Shown here: piece by piece, positions 42,981 through 53,365 of the stretch
Numbering within the stretch: position 1 is the stretch's first letter
Layout: every line of letters starts with the position of its first letter
DNA from: an uncultured Rivularia sp.
GTDB taxonomy: Bacteria; Cyanobacteriota; Cyanobacteriia; Cyanobacteriales; Nostocaceae
Length of the DNA stretch: 64,000 bases
Assembly (NCBI GenBank): GCA_963665115.1
Contig: OY762007.1
Span: 7,264,001-7,328,000, forward strand
Reading direction: 5' to 3'
Notes under the pieces: generated by a model
Told to the model about the DNA's origin: nothing
The model's database searches: none
Seen by the model: the letters and a program-made list of their open reading frames with translations, nothing else
Position numbers and translations under genes: made by a program

Positions 42981-43273
42981 ATTCGGTTATCAGTGATTAT
43001 TTACTCTAATACTCGTACTCCCTTCCGGCTCTAAGATTATTTGTAAAAATTATCTACCCACTCTTCCCCCTCTACCCCCTCTACCCACTCTACCCACTCT
43101 TTCCCACGCCACTTGCTATCTCCTTGCGGAGACGCTCCGCTAACAACCGTCGTGTTCCTCGGCAACGCAGTGGCTCCTCTTCCCCCTCTCATTCCACTGC
43201 TCGCTGTTAACTGTTAACTGAATAACTGTCTTTAGACTGATGCAAATTTTCAACTCTTCGACATATGTCAGGC

Positions 43274-43293
43274 TATAGACATAAATGTCTATA
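43274..43293. promoter_or_regulatory. Perfect palindrome TATAGACAT-AA-ATGTCTATA, candidate operator
   Basis: 9-bp arms; adjacent GACATATGTC palindrome at 43260-43269; about 300 bp upstream of the 43598 ORF. Confidence 0.45.
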
Positions 43294-43597
43294 ATGCTGT
43301 AAAAGTCAATATATTTTTACTAAAATAAATATATGTATCCTGATACCCTATATTTTTACTTGCAGATTAAGGAAAATAAATTTAATTTCTAAGGTTTATC
43401 TAGATGCTATTTATATATTTGTGTTTTTGCAGGGACACAAATAACCGCTTATTCAACTAATTTTATTGGTGCATCATACTTTTCTTTTTTTAGCAGTATA
43501 AACTTATCCGATCAATTCGCATTCCTTAGATAAAACTCTCTTGCTCTGTTTAAGTAAGTGGGTTGTTTTCGCTATGCCAACACGATAGGAATATCCT

Positions 43598-44509
43598 ATG
43601 CAAGACAATATTACAACAACAAAATCTATTGAAAATAAAAAGAGTCATCAAGTTAAAGAAATTGCTTTTCTGATCGGTAGAGTTAGAAGCGGCATTTGGC
43701 TGTTTGGTATTCCTTCTTGGCTGTTTGGTATTGGCGACAGAAGTTTTGCTGCGTTTGCTGACGGTTATGTATCTGTAATTGAAGTTGTACAGCTATTTAC
43801 AGCTTCTTTATTCTTTGCTAGCTGGCTGTTTTTAAGACCAGAAAATTCCCTGGATAATCATGAACTCACCGCTTTACAAGGAAACCTCTGCAATAATCTG
43901 GGTTTAAAGTCTGATTTGAAGCAAAGGTATATGATAAGTCAAGAATATATATTACCTTTTCCTTATATTTGCCAAATTTATCATTTATTAAATTTAAAGC
44001 ATTTAGAAAGCATTCACCACTTTAGTTTAAATAATCTGAAAGTTGTCAATATCGGTGATTTTCAGCTTACAGAGAATGGTGGAACTATTAAATTCCAAAC
44101 TATGCTGGATTCTCCTTTTAATCCTTTACGAATTTGGAGACAGCCTACTGTAGAGGTAGATTTAATTTTGCACAATCCCTATACGGTAGAATTAAGTATT
44201 CCAGTTTATAATCAAAGAAGAATAACTGTAATCTTTCATGCCGTTCCTTTGAATGAAAACGAGCATTATTTCTTTATTGATATTTACAGCGATTTAGAAT
44301 GGTTTAAACCATTTTTACAGTTATTATTACACTTTGCTTCTTGCTTAACTTTGTTTGAAGATTTACCTTATTTACGCAATCTCGCGGAAAAAAATAGAGA
44401 TAGCTTGCTTAAGTTAGGCAGAGTTTCTAATTGTAAAAGTATGTCGCTCTATAGAAGATTTATTGAATTATATGGAGCGAGTTTGAATAATTATCCGATG
44501 CTTAATTAA
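43598..44509 (+). CDS. Hypothetical protein with N-terminal TM segments and a possible Rieske-oxygenase-like catalytic domain
   Basis: 303-aa ORF; N132-x2-H135-x4-H140 and late LFED motifs. Confidence 0.6.
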   Translation: MQDNITTTKSIENKKSHQVKEIAFLIGRVRSGIWLFGIPSWLFGIGDRSFAAFADGYVSVIEVVQLFTASLFFASWLFLRPENSLDNHELTALQGNLCNNLGLKSDLKQRYMISQEYILPFPYICQIYHLLNLKHLESIHHFSLNNLKVVNIGDFQLTENGGTIKFQTMLDSPFNPLRIWRQPTVEVDLILHNPYTVELSIPVYNQRRITVIFHAVPLNENEHYFFIDIYSDLEWFKPFLQLLLHFASCLTLFEDLPYLRNLAEKNRDSLLKLGRVSNCKSMSLYRRFIELYGASLNNYPMLN

Positions 44510-44512
44510 GAT

Positions 44513-44683
44513 AATTGGGGATTGGGCATGGGGCATAGGGGATTGGTAATTGGTAATTAGGAATTGGGGATTGGGCATGGGGCATAGGGGATTGGTAATT
44601 GGTAATTGGTAATTGGTAATTAGGAATTGGGGATTGGGCATGGGGCATAGGGGATTGGTAATTGATAATTGATAATTGGTAAT
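44513..44683. repeat. Higher-order STRR array: three copies of AATTGGGGATTGGGCATGGGGCATAGGGGATTGGT plus variable AATTGGT units
   Basis: Direct reading. Confidence 0.85.
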
Positions 44684-44787
44684 CGTTAGGAGCTATCTTC
44701 CCCTTGTCTCCCCCCTTCGGGTTGCGCCACTTGCTACAACGGAGGGAACCTCCGCAACGCAGTGGCTTACCATCTCCCCATCTCTCC

Positions 44788-46461
44788 CTACGCTCTTGCT
44801 AACAACGGTGCGGCGGCGAGCAAGGTTTTAGTATAAGGATGCTGGGGATTGCCGAAAATTTCTTGTGTTGCTCCTAGCTCGACGATTTTACCACCGTGCA
44901 TGACGGCGATTCTGTCGCACAAAAATCTGGCTAACCATAAGTCGTGGGTAATGAATAAGTAAGTTAACTCAAATTCTTCTTTTAAATCCAACATCAAATC
45001 TAAAACTTGCGACTGTACGCTGGCATCTAACATACTTACAGGCTCGTCGCAAATGACTAGTTTTGGACGGGTGATTAAAGCACGGGCGATCGCCACTCTT
45101 TGTTGTTGCCCGCCAGATAAGTCGGAGGGATAACGTTGATAGTACATCTCTGATGGGTTTAATCCGACTTTATCGAGCATCCACAATACTTGCTCTTTTG
45201 CTGCTCCGGCATCGGCTAGATGATGGATAATTAACGGATCGGCGATGTTTTGTCCCACTGTCATTGTCGGATTTAAACAAGCGTGGGGATCTTGAAATAT
45301 CATCTGCATTTGTCGTCTTTCGGAGCGTACTTGTTTGCGCGACAAACTGGTTAATTCTTTACCTAAAAATTTAACTTTCCCGCCGGTGGGACGAATTAAT
45401 TGCAATATTGTCCGCGACAAGGTGCTTTTTCCACAGCCAGATTCGCCAACTAATCCGAGAATTTCTCCTGAATATAGTTCTAAGTCGATCCCGTCTACTG
45501 CTTTAATAGTTTGTCCTTGCCCTTTAAATATTCTTTCAATAAAGTTTGGTTCAATAGTATAGTGCTGCTTTAATTCTTTGATTGCCAGCAATGGCGTGAC
45601 GTTGGATGAGTTTTTGTTGAGACTGCTTGGTAATTCTGCTGCTGTATCTGCGTTACCATCTTCGGAAAATGTTTGTATGTGCAATGCTGCTTGTAAAAGC
45701 GAACGGGTATATTCGTGCTGCGGATTTTGAAATACTTCCTTGGATAAACCAGTTTCTACCATCTTTCCTTGGAACATTACCCCAATGCGATCGCAATATT
45801 CGGCAACCATTGCTAAGTCGTGGGATATCAGCAATAATCCCATGTTTTCTTCGGCGCACAATCTGGTTAATTCTTGCAAAATTTGGGCGGAAACGGTGAC
45901 ATCTAAACTAGTTGTCGGTTCGTCGGCAATAATTAATTTGGGATTTAATAATAAAGCTAAAGCGATTGCAACTCGCTGACGCATTCCACCGCTAAATTCG
46001 TGGGGATACTGACTCCATCTTTCCGGGGGAATGTTTACTTTTTGTAAAGTGGCGATCGCCTTTTCTTTTGCCTGTAAGTTGGATAGTTGTGGTGAATGGG
46101 CTTTGAGTGTTTCGAGACAGTGATTGCCAATTGTCATCAATGGATCTAAGCGCGTCATCGGGTCTTGAAATATTAATGCTACCGCTTCCCCGCGAAATTT
46201 ACGCAGTTGTTCGGCTGTCATATCAAATACAGGTCGTCCTTGAAACATTACCTGCCCCTCTATGCGTGTAGATTCGGGTAGCAGTCGCATCCCGGCACGT
46301 CCCAAAGTGGATTTACCGCAACCAGACTCTCCGACTAATCCCATCCTCTCACCCGGTTGCAGAGTGAAAGATACATCATCAACTGCCCATTGTTCCTCTT
46401 CCGTGCTGCTCGTTGCATAACCTACACGGAGGTTTTCAATCGATAATAAAACATCATTCAT
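44788..46461 (-). CDS. Fused double-domain ABC ATPase (dipeptide/oligopeptide family)
   Basis: Two GESGCGKST Walker A motifs, FSGGMRQR / LSGGQQQR signatures, HEYT/HPYT C-termini. Confidence 0.93.
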   Translation of the reverse strand: MNDVLLSIENLRVGYATSSTEEEQWAVDDVSFTLQPGERMGLVGESGCGKSTLGRAGMRLLPESTRIEGQVMFQGRPVFDMTAEQLRKFRGEAVALIFQDPMTRLDPLMTIGNHCLETLKAHSPQLSNLQAKEKAIATLQKVNIPPERWSQYPHEFSGGMRQRVAIALALLLNPKLIIADEPTTSLDVTVSAQILQELTRLCAEENMGLLLISHDLAMVAEYCDRIGVMFQGKMVETGLSKEVFQNPQHEYTRSLLQAALHIQTFSEDGNADTAAELPSSLNKNSSNVTPLLAIKELKQHYTIEPNFIERIFKGQGQTIKAVDGIDLELYSGEILGLVGESGCGKSTLSRTILQLIRPTGGKVKFLGKELTSLSRKQVRSERRQMQMIFQDPHACLNPTMTVGQNIADPLIIHHLADAGAAKEQVLWMLDKVGLNPSEMYYQRYPSDLSGGQQQRVAIARALITRPKLVICDEPVSMLDASVQSQVLDLMLDLKEEFELTYLFITHDLWLARFLCDRIAVMHGGKIVELGATQEIFGNPQHPYTKTLLAAAPLLARA

Positions 46462-47049
46462 AGTTATTAATTAGTCCTATTAGTTATTAGAAATAAAAAG
46501 AGCATATTGCACTTTCGTAACAAATAGATATTCGTGTTACTATTGTTCCTCTGTTTACCGTTACCGGTTCCCTTTATTGATTAAAATTTTTTATACTTTA
46601 CCAGATTTGCTTTATAAAGCTTGTTACTTGAATCTAACCAGTTCTGTAAATGTAACAGAGGTATTATCGACTACACTTGAGCGCATCAAACGAAAAACAT
46701 CTTACTCACATAAATTGATTGGCCTGCGCTGAATGTCATATCGTAAAAAAACAAAAAATAGCGCCTTCATCTAATCCTTTTAACTTAATTCGCCAGAAAT
46801 AACCGACTGACAACTAATTCCCAAGGGCATAATATAAAATACTTCTATATGAGTATGACCCATTTGCCAAAAAATCGAGGAAAAATGTTAATATCAACTT
46901 GAAAGCTAAACACCACTCTACAAGTAGAAGTGCTGAAAAAATATAGAAGCCAATACTAAACTTTTACAGCAGTTTTCTTTTTCACAAGGAAAAATCATCT
47001 GTAGAATAATGTTATTGGTTATTTTTGATGCTTTCTGCTTATTCAGTTT

Positions 47050-47406
47050 TCATTCGTCATCTGCTACTTTATCCATCTTTAGAATGGCATCGCAGTATCC
47101 AATCAGGGTTGTTAAACGTTCGCTTAGAGCATCTATTCTGCCTTTAATAGTGGAAGCTTGTCGCGCTCCTTGAAAAAACATTATATCTATTTGTAATAAC
47201 CGTAACTGTTTGCTCATTTCGGTCTGATAAGACTGCTCTGTGGGATATTGAGTAGTCAAAGGTACGATATCGGCACGGAAAAAGCTTTGCAAAGATGCCA
47301 TACTCTGGCGCAGTTCGGAAGCGTTGGTTAAATTAGAAGAGATATCGGCACGCAATTGTTGCAATAAGCTTTTAAATGCACGATATTTCTGCTTGTTGAG
47401 AGACAT
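47050..47406 (-). CDS. patD: Heterocyst frequency control protein PatD
   Basis: QSYQTEMSKQLRLLQIDIMFFQGARQ...LIGYC motif; divergent from rel as in Anabaena. Confidence 0.85.
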   Translation of the reverse strand: MSLNKQKYRAFKSLLQQLRADISSNLTNASELRQSMASLQSFFRADIVPLTTQYPTEQSYQTEMSKQLRLLQIDIMFFQGARQASTIKGRIDALSERLTTLIGYCDAILKMDKVADDE

Positions 47407-47702
47407 AGTAATGATTATTGAGATAGTATTAATGTCAAGAATTTTATCTCATACAATAATTTAATCTTTAAAAATTAATTTTTCCACAGCCGCCTCAAGT
47501 GAAGCATTGAGGCTTTATTTGCCGTTACTCTTTTAGAACAATTATGATGCGGAACACTTATTCGATGAAAAAAACATTGCTAGCTGAAAACAAACCTTTT
47601 AAATTAGCTAATTTATCCTTAATAATGAAAGCGGCATCGCAAAAACAGCAATGTCGTTTGCGCCGTCCAACTTCCCTCGATACAAAACCCCCTTGCTTGC
47701 AC

Positions 47703-49968
47703 ATGAACACTACAGTTGTAGATTCTAAGATTGATATTCCTCTTCCGGAATGGTTAGAAGATTGTTTAAATGCAACATCCGCTCAAGATGGAGAAAACGA
47801 TCCCAATTATGCGGATAAAGATTTAATTAGTCGAGCATTCAAATTTGCTTACAACCTCCATGAAGGACAGATGCGTAAATCAGGGGAACCATATATTTGT
47901 CATCCCGTTGCTGTTGCGGGAATACTCAGGGATTTAGGAGGCAGCCCTGTTATGATAGCAGCTGGATTTTTACATGATGTAGTTGAAGATACAGAAATTA
48001 CAATTGAACAAATAGAAGAACTGTTTGGGGAAGAGGTAAGACGTTTAGTTGAAGGGGTAACTAAGCTTTCTAAAATTAATTTTAAAAGTAAAACAGAAAG
48101 TCAAGCAGAGAACTTTCGCAGAATGTTTCTGGCTATGGCGCAGGATATTCGCGTCATCGTTGTAAAATTGGCAGATCGCTTGCATAATATGCGGACTTTG
48201 GAAGCAATGCCAGAACATAAGCGCCGCAGCAAAGCTTTGGAAACTAGAGAAATCTTTGCTCCTTTAGCCAATCGTTTGGGAATTTGGCACGTCAAATGGG
48301 AATTGGAAGATTTAGCCTTTAAATATCTCGAAACCGATGCTTTCCGTCAAATGCAGCAGCTAGTTACTGATAAACGAGCAGCGAGAGAAGAGAGATTAAC
48401 CAACGTAACTAATACTTTGCGTTCTCGTTTAAAAGAGGCTGAAATTGACTGCAAGGATTTATCAGGTCGTCCCAAGCATCTATATAGTATTTATCAAAAG
48501 ATGCACCGCCAAAATAAAGAATTTCACGAAATTTTCGATTTAGCGGCACTGCGGATTATTGTAAATACCAACGAAGAATGCTATCGCGCTTTAGCGTTGG
48601 TTCACGATGCTTTTCGTCCGATTCCTGGTAGATTTAAAGACTATATTGGACTTCCTAAACCCAACCGTTATCAATCATTGCACACTGGGGTAATCGGTCC
48701 GTGGGGGCCGTCCAATGGAAGTCCAAATCCGCACTTTGGAAATGCATCGTATTGCCGAGTACGGCATAGCAGCCCATTGGATATACAAGGAAAGTGGTGG
48801 TTCTAATAATACTCAAATGACCGCAGCTTCGGAGAAATTTACCTGGCTGCGACAGTTATTAGAATGGCAAAACGACCTCAAAGACGCTCAAGAATATTTA
48901 GAAAGCATCAAAGATAATCTTTTTGAAGACGATATTTATGTTTTTACGCCCAAAGGCGATTTAGTAGCCTTAAGTCCGAATTCAACCACGGTGGATTTTG
49001 CCTATCGCATTCATACCGAAGTAGGCAACCATTGCGCTGGAGCTAAAGTTAACGGCAGAATGGTACCGCTTTCTACCAACTTAGATAATGGTGATATTGT
49101 CGAAATTGTAACTCAGAAAAATAGTCATCCCAGCTTAGACTGGTTGAATTTTGCCGCTACTTCAGCCGCTAAAAATCGCATCAAGCAATGGTATAAGCGT
49201 TCGCGCCGGGAAGAAAATATCGCCAGGGGTAAAGAACTATTAGAAAAAGATTTAGGTAAAGCTGGTTTTGAAAGCTTACTCAAATCCCAACCAATGCAAG
49301 CAGTTGCAGATAAATGCAACTACCACAGCGTTGAAGACTTGCTTGCGGCTTTAGGTTACGGTGAAATTACCTTGAACTTAGTGTTAAATCGGTGGAGAGA
49401 AATAGTTAAAGAACAACAACCTATAGATACAGATTTGGATGAAGTTCTTACTAATTTACCAACTTCTACACCAAAAGCATTACGAGAAGGAAACACCACT
49501 CGCAAGAGCGATTCGCCAATCATTGGTGTAGAAGGATTAATGTATTACGTTGCAGGTTGCTGTACTCCCATTCCAGGAGAATCCATTATTGGTGTAGTCA
49601 CCCGAAGCAGGGGAATTTCTATCCATCGTCAAGGATGTGATAACTTAAAAAATACAGGTTGCGAGCGTTTAGTACCTGTTAGCTGGAATAACAGCGAAGA
49701 AATCAAGCATCGTCCTCAAAGTTATAGTGTCAACGTACAGATTGAAGCTTTAGATCGCGTTGGAGTTTTCAAAGATATTCTATCTCGGTTAAGCGACCAA
49801 AAAATCAACGTTTCTCATGCCAATGTCAAAACCGCCATTAATCAACCGGCATTAATAGACTTGGGAATAGAAGTTTCTGATAAAAACCAATTAGAACAAG
49901 TCTTTAATCAAATCAAAAAAATGAGCGATATTCTTAATATCCATCGTCAAGGGCAAGTGGAGGAGTAA
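47703..49968 (+). CDS. rel: Bifunctional (p)ppGpp synthetase/hydrolase RelA/SpoT; split by +1 frameshift at 48703-48707 (probable sequencing error)
   Basis: RKSGEPYICHP, LHDVVED, KLADRLHNMRT, YQSLHT, EVQIRT, TGS and ACT domains; removing one G restores GPWGRPMEVQIRT. Confidence 0.93.
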
Positions 49969-50012
49969 AAGATTTTGGATTTTGGTTAAAAAGACATACA
50001 GCATTTTGTAGA

Positions 50013-50116
50013 TACAGCACTTTGCAGGTATAGGTATATGAGGTACATTTTCCTACTCCCTACTCCCTACTCCCTCTAGAAACGATGTGTACCTCACTTA
50101 AATGAAATCTGCTGTA
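50013..50116. mobile_element. MITE-like element with TACAGCA...TGAGGTACA / TGTACCTCA...TGCTGTA inverted termini enclosing STRR units
   Basis: Imperfect terminal inverted repeats. Confidence 0.55.
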
Positions 50117-50296
50117 AATGAGGTACGCCCCGCCCTCACCCTGTCCTATTCGGACATCCCTCTCCCAATTTTGGGAGAAGGAAAGGGATATTCAAAACAA
50201 AAACATCCGTTGTTGAAATCTAAAATCCAAAATTGATTGACGATTTGCAAGCAGTGTATAAAATAGAGCATACATATATTCTGCTAGGAGCATTGC

Positions 50297-51013
50297 ATGA
50301 GTCGTAGTAATGTATTAAGAACAATTGCAACTATTATTATCGCGACGCTTTCTGTTTCCTGTAATGCTATTGATAAAACTAAAGAACAGTCGCAAGCCAC
50401 AGCACAGCAGACTCCCCAGCCAAGTATTATTTACGGCGATTTAATTATCAAAAAAGAATCAGATTATTTGATGATTCCAATTAGTATATTTCCAGATGCT
50501 AATCAAGCAGAAAAAAATGGAATAAGTCTATCTAGTGCTTCTTTTTCCCGTTCTTATAAAGATAGAAAAAGTATATATAATCTAATATTCTATTCTAAAA
50601 AAGATGCTTCTACAAATACTTTATTAGATAGAAAAGCCATTATTAAATCATTTGACTTAATCGAAAAAAAAGCAATAGGACAACCAGTAAAAAGATTTTG
50701 GCTGTATAGAATTATTGAAAAAGATACCAACGAAGACAATAAATTAGATTATCGAGATGCTACTATTGGATATTTTTCCGACTTATCGGGAAGAAACTTG
50801 CAGCAAATTACTCCAGACAACACGCAATTGAATAGTTGGAAAGTTGTACAAAGTACTGGTGCAATATTCCTCGAAATAACTAAAGACACAGACAACGATA
50901 AAAAGTTTGATACCAAAAGTTATATTCGAGTTAATTTAGATAACCCCGGTATCGGTAAAGAAATTATTAGCAATGACTTAGAAAATCAAATAAAATCTTA
51001 TATTGTTAAATAG
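50297..51013 (+). CDS. Hypothetical lipoprotein with EF-hand-like loops
   Basis: Signal peptide ending LSVSC; DTNEDNKLD and DTDNDKKFD loops. Confidence 0.75.
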   Translation: MSRSNVLRTIATIIIATLSVSCNAIDKTKEQSQATAQQTPQPSIIYGDLIIKKESDYLMIPISIFPDANQAEKNGISLSSASFSRSYKDRKSIYNLIFYSKKDASTNTLLDRKAIIKSFDLIEKKAIGQPVKRFWLYRIIEKDTNEDNKLDYRDATIGYFSDLSGRNLQQITPDNTQLNSWKVVQSTGAIFLEITKDTDNDKKFDTKSYIRVNLDNPGIGKEIISNDLENQIKSYIVK

Positions 51014-51055
51014 TTAACAATTATCAATTATCAATTATCAATTATCAATTACCAA

Positions 51056-51925
51056 TTACTCATTTACAGATACTGCTTTTTCACGACTGCGAAGAGTTAA
51101 AAAACCCGCACTGACAATAAATACAGCCCCTATAAGCGAATTTATATCCCATAATTCCTTCCAAAACAACCAGCCAATTAAAGCACCAAATATAACTGAA
51201 GAATAAGAAAAAATTCCTACTTGAGAAGCAGGTGCGGATGCATAAGCGCGAGTTGTTAATAATTGAACTACAGTACTGCAAATACCTACACCTATTAACA
51301 GTAGCCACTCCTTAGCAGTAGGAGTTTTCCAAGCCCAAGTTAAAGGTATAACCGATACCAAACTAGCAATAATCGCAAAATATAAAACTGTTCGGATAGC
51401 AGGTTCTGTAGCCGATAACTTACGTATAGTTACCATCGAAACTGAAGCTACAGCACTGCTTAATAAACCAATTAACATTATCCAATTGAAATCTGTACCA
51501 GGCTCCAAAATTAAGAATACACCGCAAAAACCGACGGCGATCGCCAAACGAGCTACAACCGAAATTTTCTCCTTCAACCAAGTAAAAGCAACCAAAGGAA
51601 TAAAGATTGGAATAGTCGATTTAAGCAACATTGCATTCGCTAATTGAATATTTCCTAAAACGAAAAACAAAGAATACATAGCCGTAACACCGCACAATCC
51701 CCGCACCAAATGCAAATGCAGCTTTTTAGTATGTATAATCGCCGTACCTTCGCGAGCAAAAATCGGCATCAAACTTAATAAACCAAACGCATTCCTAAAG
51801 AAAACAATCATTTCATTTGGTAAACCATCCGATGCCAACCGAATAATTACTCCATTCATTGTTAACATCAACTCCGCAGCAATAAGAAATATCGCTCCAC
51901 GGACAATACTTTGTTTGTAACCCAT
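51056..51925 (-). CDS. DMT/EamA-family transporter
   Basis: About 10 TM helices, IVFFRN, PIFIPLVAFTWLKEKI, two EamA repeats. Confidence 0.9.
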   Translation of the reverse strand: MGYKQSIVRGAIFLIAAELMLTMNGVIIRLASDGLPNEMIVFFRNAFGLLSLMPIFAREGTAIIHTKKLHLHLVRGLCGVTAMYSLFFVLGNIQLANAMLLKSTIPIFIPLVAFTWLKEKISVVARLAIAVGFCGVFLILEPGTDFNWIMLIGLLSSAVASVSMVTIRKLSATEPAIRTVLYFAIIASLVSVIPLTWAWKTPTAKEWLLLIGVGICSTVVQLLTTRAYASAPASQVGIFSYSSVIFGALIGWLFWKELWDINSLIGAVFIVSAGFLTLRSREKAVSVNE

Positions 51926-52061
51926 GAAATAATTTTGGATTTAGTGGTTAGTGGTTAGTGGTTAGGAGTTAGGAGTTAGGAGTAATTAAGGCTAAAGGTT
52001 GATTTCCGATGCCCAATCCCCGATGCCCAATCCCCAATGCCCAATGCCCAATTCCCAATCT

Positions 52062-52992
52062 TCAAATAGATAAAACCCAATCTCGCAACAATGGATTTAA
52101 CTGCGAAGGTACTTCATCATGGGGACAATGGCCTGCTCGTAAATAGTATTCTGTTAATTGCGGATAATATTGACGATACTTTTGAGAACGTTCTTTGGCA
52201 TTCATCCAAGGATCGGCTTCTCCCCATAATAATAACAACGGACAAGTTAACTGCTGCAAAAGTACGTCTACTTTCTCTCCTTGAGGAGTACTAAATACAG
52301 AGCAAAATACATCAAAAGCACCTTCATCACCAGATGGACGACGGATTTCTTCTATTAATTGATCTGTAATTACACTTTTATCTAAATAGACTTTTTCTAG
52401 AGTTTGGCGAATTACCCAAGGTTGGCGAATGTATTGGAATAAAATAAATTGAGCCAAGGGTTGTTTAAAAATTAACTTTGCAAAATCGCCAAATAATTTC
52501 TGTAGCTTTTCATTTAATGGAGGTTCGATTTCTGATTGCAGTGCTTCGGGTTCAACTGTCGGCTCATCCTTACTAAAAGGGGCCTGCACTATTAAGCAAT
52601 ACCAAACCAGCAGCAGAATCAGGGCATTGCGCCGCTACACATAAACTTGCATAACCACCGAGGGAGTTACCAGCTAATACAGCTTTTTCACCAATAACTT
52701 CAGTGATAAAATCGCGTAATTGATCGCGCCATAAATCCCCACCGTACTGTAATTTGGGTTTTTCCGAACGTCCAAATCCTAAAAGATCGATGGCATAGAC
52801 TTCAAAATCGTTCAAAAGTTCGGCGATATTTTTGCGCCAATGATCTGTAGAAGCACCGAAACCATGCACTAATAATACAGGCGGACGTTGAGAATGTTTC
52901 TCCCCCGCTTTAACGTAGTAAACATTATGTCCGCGCCATTGCCAATATTTACCGGGAATCGGAGTTGTAGAATGAATTGTAGGGGCAAGCAT
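52062..52992 (-). CDS. Alpha/beta-fold hydrolase; split by +1 frameshift at 52579-52582 (probable sequencing error)
   Basis: HGFGAS, DLLGFGRS, GNSLGG nucleophile, WGEADPW, AGHCPHDE; removing one base restores NSAGPFSKDE. Confidence 0.9.
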
Positions 52993-53042
52993 TTTTAAGA
53001 TTTGTTAAGCGTATTCTAATTATTGTAATAGTAGTAAATAAA

Positions 53043-53351
53043 CTGGTACTCCACCAAAGGAACTATGCAGGGTTAAATAATCAGAAATTTTTTTCTTCCT
53101 CCGCCAATTTTGGGTTGGTGGAGTAGTAGTATTGCATTTCATTTGTTCTGACGGGTTGTAGAGACGTAGCAGTGCTACGTCTCCCGAAGGTTACGGGAAA
53201 AACGAACCCTTCAGAATTTATGCAATCAACTATTAGTAGTTCATTTCATTTGTTTTGATGGGTTTTACGTGCCGACTTTAGTCCCAAATCCAAGCGCTAA
53301 AGCGCCGACTACGAACCTTATTACCAATCAGAACTAATGAAAAGGAGTACC
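53043..53351. mobile_element. Three abutting MITE-like elements, two with REP cargo
   Basis: TACTCCACCA...TGGTGGAGTA; two units starting TAGT..CATTTCATTTGTT(C/T)TGA and ending TCAGAA..ATG. Confidence 0.55.
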
Positions 53352-53365
53352 ACGAGCATATATCC

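Noticed and set aside
44513..44683. Possible CRISPR array (three ~35-nt repeats)
   Set aside because: Repeats and intervening sequence are both built from STRR heptamers
46462..47049. Search for a patS/patX-like RGSGR peptide near patD
   Set aside because: The short ORFs I translated (e.g. MKALFFVFLRYDIQRRPINLCE) lack RG(S/T)GR; the search was not exhaustive
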